Assembly: GCA_051047955.1 (NCBI GenBank)
Contig: JBPGPT010000001.1
Location: forward strand, 620,001-684,000
DNA: 64,000 nt
DNA from: Cystobasidiomycetes sp. EMM_F5
Taxonomy: Eukaryota
Direction of reading: 5' to 3'
The position numbers and the translations under genes are program-made. The notes under the pieces are model-generated. The model was given only the letters and a program-made list of their open reading frames with translations. It was not told the origin of the DNA and did not search any database. Shown one piece after another: positions 41,732-55,799 of this stretch (its first letter is position 1; every line of letters begins with the position of its first letter).

Positions 41732-44700
41732 ATGGCGTCGTGGCAGCCCCAGCCAGATGGTCTCAGAGACCTGGTCGAGTGCCTACGCCAGGCCGAAGCT
41801 GGCGATTCAGCGACGCAAAAGGCCGTATTGGAGGTAAGTCTGGCCTGTGAACCAGCTTGCAGACATATCTGACGAGCGTCGCGTTCAATGCACCCTGCCC
41901 TGGCCAAATCTCATCCCACAAACTATCAAACAACATGGCCCATACCAGCGCATGGACTCGTTCACCGCCATCCCAGACTACGCCAAGTACCTCGCATACA
42001 TCTTTGCGCAGTCGCCGGATCAGCCAGAGAACGTGCGCTGGCGAGCAGGCCTCACGCTGAAAAACAATATTCGAACATCCCTCAAGGGGTTCAGTCCGGA
42101 CGTCGTGCTATACGTCAAGGCTGTCATCTTCAGTAGGCGGCCTGGTCAATCAAAGGTGCCGTTTGTCTGGCTGAATCGCTCCGCTCCGCAGACGCGCTCA
42201 GTGACCAGGCACATTTCATACGCTCGACTGCAGCGTCTGTAGTGGACTGGCTGTACCGTGGCCTTGGGCCTGAGAATTGGCCGGAAGCGCTGCAGAATCT
42301 GGTCACTATGGCAGAATCAAACGACAAGCACGCTCAGGAGGTACGATCAGTCGATGAAACCGGCTACTCCGGCCAGCTAGACTGAATCTACAACAAACTC
42401 AGGGTGGTATCAAAGCTCTGTCCAACATTTGCCAGGAGATACCGCGGTATTTGAGCTCGATGGAAATCAACGGCCAGAAGCCCATGGACTACGTTATTCC
42501 GAGGATCGTTCAGCTTCTCGGCGCACCTAACGAACGAATACGAGTGGAAGCGCTCATCATCTGCAATCAATTTATCGAAACACCTACTCCGCCAAATAGT
42601 CTTGCCCTGGTCGCCGACGCCTTTCTTACCCAAGTCTTCAAACTGGCATCCGACACGCATGCCGAAGTCCGCAAGCTAGTCTGCCAGGCGTTCAATACGC
42701 TCTTGGCGAGCTGGGCCGAGAAATTGCTTCCAAACCTGCAGAACATTGTCGACTTTATGCTCTACTCTACCCAAGATGCGGACGACGCGGTCGCATTGCA
42801 AGCAGCAGAGTTCTGGTTGACGTTTGTAGAAGAACCAGACCTGCCAGAACACCTGCAACCCTACCTGCCGACCGTTCTTCCGGTTCTCTTCAAGGGCATG
42901 CTGTACAGCGATTACGACCAGGCTGTCCTGGACCAGGACAATGAAGACACGTCTGTTCCCGACAAGGAGTCTGACATTCGTCCAAAACATTATGGAAGCA
43001 AAGCGCACGTCAGCGAGAAGGCACAGGGTTCCTCGACAAACGGCAGCACATCGACGTCAGTATCACTAGGGCGAGCGGCAGCTGCGGAAGACGAAGCGAA
43101 TGACGATGATGACGACGACGATGACGATGGCGATGATGAGGATGGTGATCCATATGCGGAATGGACTGTACGAAAATGCTGTGCGGCAGCGGTAGACATG
43201 ATGGCATCGCATTTTGGCGATGACATCCTGCCAATAATACTACCAATCCTGCAGCGGGAATTGGAGAGTACGGAATGGAAACACAGGGAAGCGGGTATCT
43301 TGGCTCTCGGTGCGATAGCGGAAGGGTGTCAGAGCGGTATCGAGCCTCATTTGCCGATGCTGGTGCCGTTCTTGTTTACTAATTTAACGCATGCTAAGGT
43401 CAGTATACGGGACATGCTATTTATATGGCAATAAGTGTTCACACACATCTTCCCAGCCTCTGGTGCGATCAATATCTTGCTGGACATTGGGGAGATACGC
43501 ATCTTGGTGCTTGCATACAGACCAGCCAGACCCTGTCACTCACAAGGCTCAATTCTTCGAACCATCAATACAAGGGGTAGGTTTTGTCGTATTATCCGGT
43601 CTGACTAAGGTCACTGATGTATCGTCCGCAGCTGCTTGCCACGACATGCGACAACAATAAGCGTGTGCAAGAAGCTGGCTGCAGCGCTTTCGCAACCCTC
43701 GAAGAAGTGGCTGGCGCTGAACTTGAACCCTACTTGCCAATCATCCTACCGACTCTCGTTAACGCCTTCCATCGCTATCAGCAGAAGAATCTCCTCATTC
43801 TGTATGATGCGATTGGAACCCTGGCGGATGCAGTTGGCAACGCCTTAAATCAACCACAACATATCAATATCCTCATGCCGCCTTTGATCGCTAAATGGCA
43901 ATCAGTCGATGATCTTGATCCCGACATCATCCCTCTGCTTGAAGTGAGTCGACGTAGGCGCACGAACTTACCTAGCCTGACCCACAATTGCACAGTGCTT
44001 GTCCTCCGTTGTGCTAGGGCTGAATGACGGCTTTCTACCGTATGCCCCGCCCGTGTTCGAGCGATGTGTGAACATAGTTCGACAATGTTTGACGAATTAC
44101 TCCAATTTTATGGCGAATCCTAACGGTGATGCCGAAGAACCGGATCGGACTCACCTCATCGTGGCGCTGGATCTGCTATCTGGACTAACGCAGGCTCTCG
44201 GCAGCGGCATCCAACCATTCTTTACAAGCTCCGAGCCGCCCTTACTCCATCTCATGATCGCATGCTTTGCGGTAAGTACCGCAATTTGTACATCTGCTCT
44301 TCGCTGATCTTATATGTGCGCAGTATCCGGAGCCACCGGTCAAGCAATCTGCATTCGCTTTACTGGGTGATTCAGCGATATCATGTTTTACTCTCCTGCA
44401 ACCGTTACTACCTCAAGTCATGCCAAGCGTAATCGACTCTATCCGTGCAGATGTGGCTCACGACTCTGTGAGCGTGTGCAATAACGCTGCGTGGTGCGCC
44501 GGCGAGATAGCTCTGCAGCATGGCGCCAATATGAACGAATACGCACCTGCCCTTATGCATCGCCTGGTTCCGTTACTCTTGTCGACCAAAGTTGCGCGTA
44601 GCTTGACGGAGAATGCAGCAGTGACCATCGGGCGTCTGGCCCTCGTGTGTCCGCAATTCGTATCACCTCATCTTGGCCTGTTCTTGAAACAATGGTGTGA

Positions 44701-45102
44701 GGCACTGGCGGAGATTAAGGACAATGACGAGAAGGACTCAGCCTTCAAAGGCATCTGCCTGGCGATACAAGCGAATCCAGCCGGTGTTGCCGAGGTAAGC
44801 AATGCAAGTTCTCCGTAACATGTAACACCATCCTGACATTCATTTGCTGATACAGCATTTTGGCGCCTTTTTGCACGCGCTAGTCCGCTGGCGAACCCCT
44901 TCACCCGAACTTGCTTCCATGTTCCGAAGTGTGAGCTGAAGATGGATGTAAATGAGAATTGGGATTTATTGCTGATGCATCTGTGTCTTGACAGATCCTT
45001 GTGGGCCTCAAGGAAATGAGTGGCCCTGCGCAATGGGAAGCTCAGATGTCTACACTCACATCTACAGTACAAGAGCAGCTGAAGACGAGCTATGGCGTCT
45101 GA
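41732..45102 (+). CDS. KAP104: Transportin-1 / karyopherin beta-2
   Basis: N-terminus [19 protein letters not shown], the acidic H8 loop, [30 protein letters not shown] and [13 protein letters not shown]. Confidence 0.95.
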
Positions 45103-45816
45103 CGAAGTCGTATTCACATATGGCCCTTTGCAGCTCCGCACATTCCTCTGGAGGCCGATTCAACCATGGCTTTAGCCAAAAGCCGGCATCGACAGCGACT
45201 CCAATTCCCTTTCCCAACAGGTATATCTGCACTTCTCTCAGCTAGTCATATTCAATATTTTAGATTAGAATCTCACGCAAGCTAGTCCCCTCATAGTCTG
45301 AGCAAATCAATAGTAGCAATCAGCATCAGAAAAGACTGCATCGTTCACACCGCTTAACGGTTGTTCGATTAGATATACATTCGACAAGAGGACGACAGCA
45401 CGGAACCTTTCTCCGCTTATCGGAGATTGGATACTTTCCGCCTCGTTCCCACACGAGACTATGGGATTGAGGTGAAGCTAGTCATTCATACCACCTCTCT
45501 CCTCGACTCGTGTGATACACAAGTAGCATCATGACATGTCATGGCGATCCACTCGTTTCCGCTTAACGGACGAGAGCATGCTCCACACACGCCGTAAGCT
45601 TAACTTTGGCGTCAATGCGGAATGAAGATATATTAGGATGAGCAGCAACAAGCTCAGCCAAAATACCGCGTTTCTGGGTTCTCTTTCAGTTGCCAAAGCA
45701 GGCCATCTTACGAATGTAAAAGATCTGCTTTGCCGTACTACTACACACTACCGACTCGATGATCACAACGTTGCTGGGTTTCGTAGATACTTCATCATGT
45801 TGCCGTGGTTTAGTTG

Positions 45817-47478
45817 TCAGAATCGCTTTGCGCTCTTTTTGCTCCTGTACCCTCTAAAGACGATGAATGCTACGACGACGACAGTCGCCAGGAACAGCCA
45901 TTTTATGAGAACGTATAGGAAGCTTCCTATTCTACCAGATTTTCGCCCACTCTTGTACGTACTTCTCTTCTTTTTGCCCTTTGCGCCCGGCACTGGGGGA
46001 TGCCATACCGCATTGTAGGCAGAGATGGATATGATGTCGTGCTCGTCTGCCACATCGCCGGTATGCGCCGTGAAGCCGAGGTAGACATTGTTTGGCAGCG
46101 TCAAATTTTGAATTGTAAAGCAAGAAGTCCATTTATCCCATTCTTCGTGTTGTATCGACAATTCGAGAAAGTTGTTCTTGAAGTATGTTAGCTTGCCTTT
46201 TGTAGTGACTTCTGTTCGCCGGAAATCGAGCTGTGGACGGAGCAACGCATGCGCTGGTCAGATGTACTGATGAGTCGATGCGACTGGGGGAAATGCAGAC
46301 TGACTGAACAGCGTCCGGCTTCCTGTCCTGCCCCATCCTGTCCGAGGTTGTACGCTTTCAGGCCATCATTCATTATAGCTGCAATTTGTGGGAAAGAGTA
46401 CTTTGTGACGACAGAGGCAAAACCTGTCAGTTGTGCATCACGTTATGGACGCAAACTCAGCTCACCGAATGCCTTGAGTTGGCATACGTATCAAACATGA
46501 TTCCCAGTCCATTCCATCGATCTGGTGATTGACGACACTGTCAGCAGCCTGCTCTTTCGCCACTGCGCGTAACGCAACAGACTATCGTCCATTGCGTTCA
46601 CGTCTGCACAGCGTACCCTTGCTCCCGAACACAGGTCCCGGTTCAGCTCTGTCGGTCGTCAACCACATTGCCATTCCGTCGCCGTAAAAGTTGTTTGATT
46701 TGCCATCTATCCGAAACTCAAATTCGACTTCGAAAGCGCTGGGTGTGAGTGGCTGTGCGGTGTGGTAAAGTCGGAAAGTGCATGTCGAGTCGCAAATCAC
46801 AAGGCGCGAGCAGAGGGGGAGGAGAATGCCGCAATGAGCAGCTAACGCTTCCTCTCCAATACATGCCCACCCACCATTCTCGACCACAACCACCCAGCTT
46901 GGGACTTTCTGTCCTGAGTCAAGCGAATGTGCTTGTTTGTATTGATTATCGCGTTTCCTCCAAAGTCAAACCTGGCGGGATGGGTGTGTGACGGATGAGC
47001 ACGCTGCTCGAGTGAATCGTATTGCCTGTGTATTGCCTACCATCGGTTCTGCAAGTCCGAGTCGACGTAGGCTGCAATGTAGAAATGAAGAGGGAGTGGA
47101 GGAAGGGTAAGACGGGGCGGTAGGAAGAGTAAAGATTCATCTCACGAGCGTATATCGAATGCGTCCTCAGGGGAACTGCACGCGTTTCACGCCAGCCAAG
47201 TCGCGAGGCAGGGTCAGAACTCTCATCAGCCCAGCCAGTCCACAGCCCACAGCCCACATCTCCATCACCAATCACCCACCCGTCCTCTCTGCTACACCAC
47301 CCTCCCCCGGCTCGCCTTTACTCAGTATCGTCTGCGCCTGCGATGGAGCCTTTTTGGCGTCTACGCTGCCGACTAAGCAGGCCGCGAACACAGCGACGAT
47401 GCAGGCAGTAGTGATGACGGAGAAGCGTCGTCGTGCACTGCGTCGACACTGCGCAGTATCATTATTGCGCATGGTCAT
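45817..47478 (-). CDS. L-type lectin cargo receptor (VIP36/LMAN2/Emp46-47-like)
   Basis: Signal peptide, LRTHSIYAPYVD, WFDFGG...HIRLT, YGDGMAMWLT, GPVFGS, FDTYAN, YLGFTAHTGDVADEHDI, a TM helix and the C-terminal KRF. Confidence 0.9.
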
Positions 47479-47635
47479 TGTTGGAGAGTGGTCAGGTTGA
47501 TAGACCGAGTGAAAGGCAACAGTGTCAATCAAACGAAATGGACTGGTGCAGACTGGTAAAGTAATAGACTGGGTATTTGGCTAGGATATACTTCACGACA
47601 ATGCAGACACCGTCATATAGAAACACAGAAGCAGT

Positions 47636-47789
47636 ACGCGGCAAACGACTGCCTCTTTACGCGTCGCAGCGGGCGAATGAAAGCATTGAGGGTGTGTTAA
47701 ATGGGGATGTAAAGGACTGTTAAGTGTTAACAAGTTGACAATAGGCTTGTTTAGCTTGCTTCGCAATGCGTTATATTCCAACAAACGCG
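47636..47789 (+). promoter_or_regulatory. Possible MCB-like elements upstream of DBF4
   Basis: ACGCGT at 47659-47664, plus ACGCG cores at 47636 and 47785, lie 180-330 bp upstream of the DBF4 ATG. The motif is short and common. Confidence 0.3.
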
Positions 47790-47967
47790 CTCCCCTCTCC
47801 GTCTGTCGCCCATCCATGCCTCCCGATCAAGCGTGTACCGTGTTTGTTTATCCAACACAATTGCCAGTCTTGCCCTCCCACAAACACACACAACCATGTC
47901 TGCCCCTTGCACTCTGTAGTCCTCACTGACACATCCTCACATTTCCATATCCCCTTGGACTCGCACA

Positions 47968-50900
47968 ATGCCATCCGCAACACTGGACCCCCGTCCTCCA
48001 ATGACGCCCTTGAAGCGAAGCCTGCGCTCAAATTCGAGCCAGTCCCGCCAAGCTGTACTGTCAAAGGGCAAACAACGGGCAGTGTCATCAACTAGTCGGA
48101 TTCGACAGACGCCCGAGAATACAAGAGTCCTCCAGCCAGCTGCGCCTATAGCTTCGAGAAAGCGGGCACGCGAGATTGACGCCAACGACGGTCAAGCAGA
48201 GCAGTCTGCAAATCTCACTGCAAGACTCGACGAAGCGGTAGTGAGGAATGCGAGGGCACTCCTCGCTGCAACGACGACTGGCCTGGGTGCACCAGCAGAG
48301 ATATCGAGAAAGCGCCAGAGAATCGACAACAACATCAACACAGACCTGCACAATGCAGCTCAATCCCCTGTGGTGGTATCGTCGACGGAGACCCGTCCAA
48401 AGCGCACACGGCAGCAGGCAAGTAACGGAATAGTCATCTCTGCGAGAAACATCTTTGCCACGCCAAAGACTGTTCCAGCAGATGTAAAGCCGAGATTGGG
48501 AGCAGCAAACGATGCAAGATCAGTCACTCTTGCCGGTGCGAATGCTATCCACCCTCCAGCTCCCTCCCGACCTGCAACACGAAGCAGTACTTCCAAGGTC
48601 AGGCGTAAACAAAACTCGGTCAAGGTCGAGCGAGACAGCGCTTCACGGCAAAAGGAACAACAAGCACTAGAATGGAAGGTAAAGTATACAAGGGCGTTCC
48701 CAAACTTTGTCTTCTACCTCGATGAAGTCGTCGATGTAAAGAATCGATTCGAGAAGTGTATTGTCGAGCTGGGCGGGGTGGGTTATATTTCAATTTGGAC
48801 GCGTCCAAACAAGACTGAGTCGTACGTCTTTGCCTTATTCATACAGCGCCTCGAACCCTTCTTCTCCAAATCTGTAACGCACGTCATTACGCAAAAGACG
48901 CTTCCCACAGCAGCAGAAACTATCCCAACAGTTCTTGCCGACCCTGATCCATTCGCTCGGCCAGACGGCACAGCAATTACAGGTGCTCAAGGCCTCGGGG
49001 ACGCGTCCAGGCTGACAAACATTGACCAAGGCGAAGCTGGTCGAGTCTTTGGCACCACTCTACAAGGAAACAGTCTACCAGACGGGCCAAAGAAAGTAGT
49101 CACACGACCACGCATCGTTGTGTGCAAGATTACGGGTAAAAAGATTCCTGTTACCCAGAGAAATTCGTCGGAATCGCCCTCGAAATTGGCAGCAGCTGCT
49201 CTATCAGCTCAAAAGGAATTGCTGATCGGTCCGCATAGAAAGGGCAAAACAAGGGCGGTAACATCGGTGCTGGCAAAACCATTTGCGGGCGCACGGACCC
49301 CGCCAAAGATCAAGCCGTAGGTGGTATTTATTCAGAGACAAACGGATGTTGACATACATGTGGGTGTACAGCCTGGCTGGTATTGATCGCGTCGATCCGT
49401 ATGCCGTCATCAACAAGGCCAAGGGTTTTGGTATGAAGATCTGGAGTACAGAGAGTGAGGGTAATGCGCATCGCTGTCGGTAGACATTGGCTAACGAGAG
49501 GGCACCCAAGAACTCGAGCTGGTGCTAGACCGACTGCTGGACAAGAAGTCTCCGACCAAGACGTTGCTGAATGTCCGTGCTCAACTGGCCAACAACGCCC
49601 AAGGACCGGGTCTTAACGCTCTTCTCCGTCACGAACAGCTAACCGGTACAACGTACGAGCGGGACGCCGCTACCCTCCGACCAGACTTTGTCTATCTCCA
49701 CCAGAGTCACGGCTACTTGATAGTCGAAGACTCGATTGGCGAGTACCAGCCAGCGCACTTGAAGATTTACGAACAGCGCATTCATCCTAAAGCGAGCGAA
49801 CCGAAGGATAGGGAGACGCTCTGGCCTACTCTGTGGGGTGGTCAGGAAGGCCGCGGCGCTTTCCAGAAACCGTCTGCAAGCTACAGTGGATACCCCTTGA
49901 TGGACCCGGTCATGCGTGTAAAACACTTATGCCCAGACCTGCCGCACGATGTAGAAAAGTGGCCAATTGCCTTCAGACATCCACGCTGGCTTGCCCAGTA
50001 TGGTGTGACGAACCACCCCGAAATACACAATTCATCTCTCCGTCGGGCGGCTTCGACGAGCGCGCTACAGCCCCTCAAGGAAAGGAATGTAGCTGCCAAT
50101 GTTGCGAGAGGACGCACATTACGATCTTCTACGCGCCGGGATTCCTTCATGGCAGCATCTGGTAATTCCCAAATCATTACATCGAATATCGCCTCAGCCA
50201 CATCGGCCACTACGACGAGGTCTGGCCAAGTCATTGGAAAGGACAATTCTGCAAACGGGGGTAATTCACTCGCAAATGGCATCATTATCGATAAACGATT
50301 GGCTCGCCTTGGCAGCAAGGCAAAGAAGCACATTATCACGTTTGGCGGAAACAAGTCTACAACGACCACAGCAAACGGGCTGCTCGCCCCGCCTGCCCAG
50401 ACCGCAGCACCGACACTCCACCGCTCAGTCAGCTTGGATACTGGCCTCAACAAGATGCGTAATTATCAGCCTCGCGAGCAGCCCAAGAAACCGGGCTATT
50501 GTGAGAATTGTCGTCTGCGTTACGATGATTTCAAAGCTGTGAGTCTGCTTCCTCTGGAGTCAGGGCTGCCCATCACTGATCACAATCATATTCACAGCAC
50601 ACCCGATCCAAAAAGCACAGACGCTTCGCCTTGGACCTATGGAATTGGGTTGATCTCGACATCTTACTCGAGTCTATCAAGAGACCAGTACTGCCAGAGC
50701 TTCTGCAAATGTACGAGGCTGCAGGCTGCGAAGTTCCTAGCGATGTCGATGCCAGTGACAACGAAGACGAGGGTGACGCAGACAAGGACAACATGAACGG
50801 AGCACTGGATGACTCTGGCTTCTGCGTCGATGAAGCCGAACACCGCTATCAGCATGAGATCATGATGAAGCGCTATGATGATATTCTCGCTGGCAAAAAG

Positions 50901-51029
50901 GATCTTTCTACACACAACTATACCTCTGGCGATGACGACGATTCGGAAAACAGTGATTCCGAAGAGGAAGATGCCCTCAATGGCGAAGGTAGCTCTGATG
51001 AAGATGACAATGACGATGATGACGAGTGA
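47968..51029 (+). CDS. DBF4: Cdc7 kinase regulatory subunit Dbf4/Dfp1
   Basis: Motif N (WKVKYTRAFPNFVFYLD...FFSKSVTHVIT...KAKGFGMKIW), motif M (YLIVEDSIGEYQP), AASGNS and the zinc finger KPGYCENCRLRYDDFKAHTRSKKHRRFA. Confidence 0.92.
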
Positions 51030-51480
51030 TGTGTTACGCCTCTCTCTCTTCCGAACTTCTGAATACCGGAGCCTAAAGAAGGTTCCATGATTGCACGACT
51101 CCATGATTGTTCTGGCTTACTTTGCTCATATCTGGCTATTTTGGCCGAGACATGATACCATGCAGGTTATTTGCTGTGCCATTTGTACGTTGTATGCTAT
51201 ATCTCCTCTGTCGAAACCGGCAGAATTGCAAATACAAACCAATACCTGCTAGATCCACTAACGCCCTCAGATATGGTCTCGCGTAGCAGCGCGTTGTTGG
51301 TACAATCACACTGACTATCTCTTGCTCTCGATAGCTGATGCTGCAGAACGCTCCTACATTTCGCACAGCCATGACGATCCCGGATGTGCAAAAGCATTCC
51401 GCGAAAACGGTCGCTTATGGTCCGAGCAACATGCTCAAGAGCAGGACTAGACGCCCAGACACGATCGACTTTCATTCGTG

Positions 51481-53745
51481 ATGCAATTTGCGCAAGGTGT
51501 CGAAACAGTACAGGCGCGGCCTGCCGCAAACAAGTACAGGGGACTGCCGAAACCGCGGGTAGTAGGTGATAGACTCTCGTCATTACTCGCAATGACGTGC
51601 TGATCGTGCTTGCGATTAGCTTGGCCTTTCTATCTTGTTAATCCTCGCGGTCATCCAATCCATCCTTGTCATAATGGCTTTGGTACAGCCAGTCCCAAAC
51701 TTCGGATCTGGTCTTTTCACGATAACGACAGTCAAAGCTATCAGTCTCACTCGTCGAAGTCTGCTATACGACGAAGACCCACCCCCGCAAGCCTGCAGTG
51801 CGAACTGTTCTGTGGCAACCAGCCCCGCCAAAATTTGGGAGATGCTGCCCACGATCCGTCCGAATGTGACTGCTAACCTCGAGCGGCGCAAGAGCGCATA
51901 CTGGGTGTCTGCTGGTCCATACACGCAATGTCATGCCGAGAAGGACTTCACGATCTGCGTTGAATGGGACGATACCCACTCTTCCTGGAAGCCGTTGGCC
52001 GGTGTCATAGTCACGCAGACGATACTCAAAACCGTAGCAACAGATAATCACCCCGCAGTCGTGCGGACTATACTGAATACGTTGACTGCTGACGGATCTG
52101 TATATCCATCCGACGTTGACGATCCACCCGCTGTAGTCCGGACTGTCCACCAGACGAGAACGATGAACGGTCCTTACTCATCAACGACTACCAAGAAGAA
52201 GAAGAAGAAGAAGAAGAAGAAACCCACTTCAGCAGCCGATGCGGGCAGCACGCGAACGCGATATACTTACACGACTATTTCTACGACAACGAGGACCACA
52301 CTCAAAGTCAGCACTGGTCGAAGCTCAAGTGTGTACGCTACTCCTGTTGGTAGCACCGGTACGCCGAGACCGAGCAAAAGCCCCACATCTGGAAGCCACC
52401 AGAGTAACGCCACGGCCTTTGAAGGTTTATGGGTGAGCGTGTTTGCATATGATATCTCGTTACGGACCGGGCTCACAGTGTAGAGAAGATTGGGCCGCTG
52501 GGCGCTTGCCTCAAATTATGGAATCAACCGCGGTATTGCTCATCACCGACCTTGTGAGCTGGCGTACTCTCGTTCGCCGGTCCGAGCTGAATACGTCGAG
52601 GACAGCATACCAGATAATGGCGACATATACAACCAGTCGGCTCTTGCCCCGCATCTTCTCAGAGACTTGCCGACTGGGACTAGAGGAGGATCCTTCATGC
52701 TGATGTTTGCGGTGGGTGCTTCGTAGATAAAGTTTGGAAGACGGCTTACGCCACATCCAGATAATTTGCTATATAATCGCTGCGATTGCTATGGCTCTGG
52801 CTTATCAATGGGTAAGGAATTTGCAATATTAGCTCTGTCAGCTAAAAAATGCTCTTCATTTCATGCAGGCTGTCGTTTCGCGCACGCGAGAAGGCAATAG
52901 AGGCTTCACCGAGCCGCGTCAGTAAGCCGAGCACCAGCCAAATGTGCTTGACGTTCCCTCAATCATATCTTGCAACTTCGCAGCATATGGCCCCTTGCTG
53001 TTGTCTTCGTCACATCTGGCATCGGTGCGATTTTACTCCTGATCGCACTGCTCATCTTCAAGAGCATGTATAATAAGTCTGCGCAAACGATACCGCAGGA
53101 AGAACCTCAGCTGACCGCGGGCGGCGGAAACACAACCGGACTAATGGTACGTCGAGATTCATTAATAAAAGCAGATTGGGCAAGGGTCAATCGTTCCGCG
53201 GCTGTCCTTCGCAGACTATCGCTCTCATATTTGGAGTACTGGTTGCGCTAGCCGCTGCATTTCTGCTGATCAGGGTGAGGGCGCCGCTGTGAGCAGATGG
53301 ATCTTTAACGAGCTGAGCAGCTGCATTGCGGATTGTGCAGGACCTTCGCACGATAATGTAAGTCAGTGGCATCTGAATGATTGCAGCATAGCTGAAATGT
53401 TGGTGATTAGGCAGGATATACTTGACAGTGAGTCCCTCAAGGGTGCGATGCTCGTCAGTACTGAATTGCATGTTAGCTGTCGAGGCGGATGAAGAGCGTC
53501 ATAGAAGGCACAAGGCCGAAGCTCGCAAAAGCGGCCGATGGCGGCGGAAGAAGCGCTCTGCAACGCAAAGTTCGACGGGAGCAGCAGCAGAAGGTGGTCA
53601 GCCAGGCCTTTTCCCACATTCACTCGACGACGTGCGGCAGCAAGCGCCTTCGTGGTGGAGACGATTTAGAGCAAATTCTGCCAATTGGGCCACAGGACAC
53701 CGCGGTGATGAGGCTAACAGGTACATAGACGAACTGGACGAATGA
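51481..53745 (+). CDS. Four-TM SUR7/PalI (claudin-like) membrane protein with a large Thr-rich first loop
   Basis: TM1 LGLSILLILAVIQSILVIMAL, a loop with W-x-GPY-x-C...C, then three more hydrophobic exons (IICYIIAAIAMAL; WPLAVVFVTSGIGAILLLIALLIF; TIALIFGVLVALAAAFLLI). The ends are approximate. Confidence 0.5.
52193..52222 (+). repeat. (AAG)9AAA coding microsatellite (Lys10)
   Basis: Read directly from the sequence, in frame in ORF 51635-52483. Confidence 0.95.
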
Positions 53746-53956
53746 AGATGTCAATGCGAGGTGGAAACTTCGTTAAGAATCTCGAGGAAAGAGCGGAAGG
53801 TCTGCGCTCGCCAGTCTCTTCTAAGTCGAGTGAAGGATAGTGAAGGATGATTGCAGGTGTTTCGATAGACCCACATTTCGATCGCGCCGTCAGGTAATAA
53901 ATTCGTCTTTGTGGTTGGCACTGCGTAGGACAGGCGACTTATTCGGATCCAAATTT

Positions 53957-55398
53957 CTAGAATAACTGAACTTGAGCGGGAGTATCGCTAGTCTCAGCAC
54001 AGTACGTGGCTGCATAGAGAAGATCGTAGAGTCCGTGTGCGTAAGCTGGTTCGTAAGCCGTCTGAGGTGCTGAGAAGGAGGAGACTACATCGTAATGGGG
54101 CGGTAAGGCGAATAACATATTCGAGGGCGCCTTTTCATACATCGGTATATGAAGCGAATCGAATGAGAGCGGATGGTACAGTTTGTAATCATTTGGGTAC
54201 GATGTCGCTAGCATGTACGGGTCGAAGGAGTCAATGTCGATCATCGAATCGAGCGGTCTTTGCTGGATGGCAGTCGGATAAAAACTGGGACAAGCTTGAA
54301 CAAACGATTGCGTATCATTAAGGAATGAGCGCGCGTGTAGTACTCGGAAAGCAGCATGATCGTTCAAAGACCCCTCGCAAAGCTTGTGCTGGTACTCCGC
54401 CCGTTCGAAACGAAAGTCGGGCATGTCGGAGATCGGAGCGAATGATACCGTGTTTGGCAGTTGCAGTTCTAGGACGGAATCGTAAACAGATGCAACTTCC
54501 AGCGGATGGAACGGGCCGTCGTCTGATGCATCGGTGGCTGTATGCTTCGCGGGATTTTCCGAAGAGGCAAAGGGACTGCCAGATTGACAAGGACAATCAG
54601 AGCTACAGACGTTGATTAGTGCATTGCCTGGCTGCCAAATGCTCTTGGAAGGGAAGCTATGGCAAGCATTAGACCATCACAGAGTTTTCCTGATACAAGA
54701 CTCACTCAGTCAGGTCAAGGAAGTCTTCTCCCGAATACGCAGAGAAGTCCTGATCGGCTGAGAACGAGTACCACGCTTGATTATCAGGAGGCGTTCGAGG
54801 CATGTCAGATGCAAGGCGAGGAGACGCGGTTCTCTCTGAGTCTGATGGTTCGACGGCTGATTGCTCAGACGACGTGAATGCCGTCATTTCGGCACTGCAA
54901 GCAAATCAAGATGGATGTTCAGCGCCGGAACACGGTAGAATCGCAACCCGTCGCCATTGAGGGGACATACGAAGCGACAATTTCAGCTGCAGACGTGACA
55001 CCGTCGGATACGGCGGCTGTAAAGGATGTGACTAGTTTGGCTTCATCCTGAATAGAGTCGGCGGTTCCTGCTGTTCGCGCATCTACTCGCGCTTTGGGCG
55101 CCTGGCTAGTTCGACCAGCAAGGCGTCGTCGTCTGTAAGAGAAATACCTTGATATTTGTACTCTCGTTCTATCGTGCTTTGAAGCTAGGTCCGTGATGCG
55201 CTCGGGTGTGAGGTAAGGGTTTGCTTTGTAAGCGGCTCTCAGAACCTCGCAGTCTACTACTGGCGGCTTTATACTGAGAAAATAGAGCAATGTAAAGATC
55301 AGTGAAGATGCAGGACAATGGAACTTTGAGGAGGTATCTAGAGGTGAGGAGGAGACTCAGTACCCGGTCAGTTTTGACGGTTTCTTTGCAGAGGGCAT
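53957..55398 (-). CDS. Atypical single-homeodomain protein, 4 exons
   Basis: MPSAKKPSKLTG|IKPPVVDCEVLRAAYKANPYLTPERITDLASKHDRTRVQISRYFSYRRRR. The downstream exons splice in frame into the acidic/aromatic ORF ending at 53957. Confidence 0.75.
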
Positions 55399-55799
55399 GA
55401 TGGATTGGGAGAAAGCGGGTGGCAAAACAGTCGGTTCTCCGTCAAGAGCTAAAGCAACGAAAATAAAGAATTAAAACATATTGAAACGCAAGCATTGAAG
55501 ATCTAATCGTACACAGCAGGAGAGCAGAACTAAGTCAAGTGCACACTTAGATACACGGTGAGGCTCGATAACAGCAAAGCTAGCGGGCTATCGATGCACG
55601 GAGGGGGAAACCAATAGAGCATGCGTATCATGGGAGATACTCAAGCAGATGATGTATACAGATCGCCAAACATCGCGTTATAGAAGAATTAAATGCCGAT
55701 AGTCGTCAAAGACGGGAACATAAAGAGTAACAAACGGTCATAGCAGGAAGGAAAGACATGACACGCCCTTCGAAGGAGCGGATGCCATACACATGCAGA

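Noticed and set aside
45102..45817. Known snRNA, U3, SRP, RNase P/MRP or telomerase RNA
   Set aside because: I could not find their diagnostic boxes or a telomeric template by eye. The region is kept only as an unassigned structured element.
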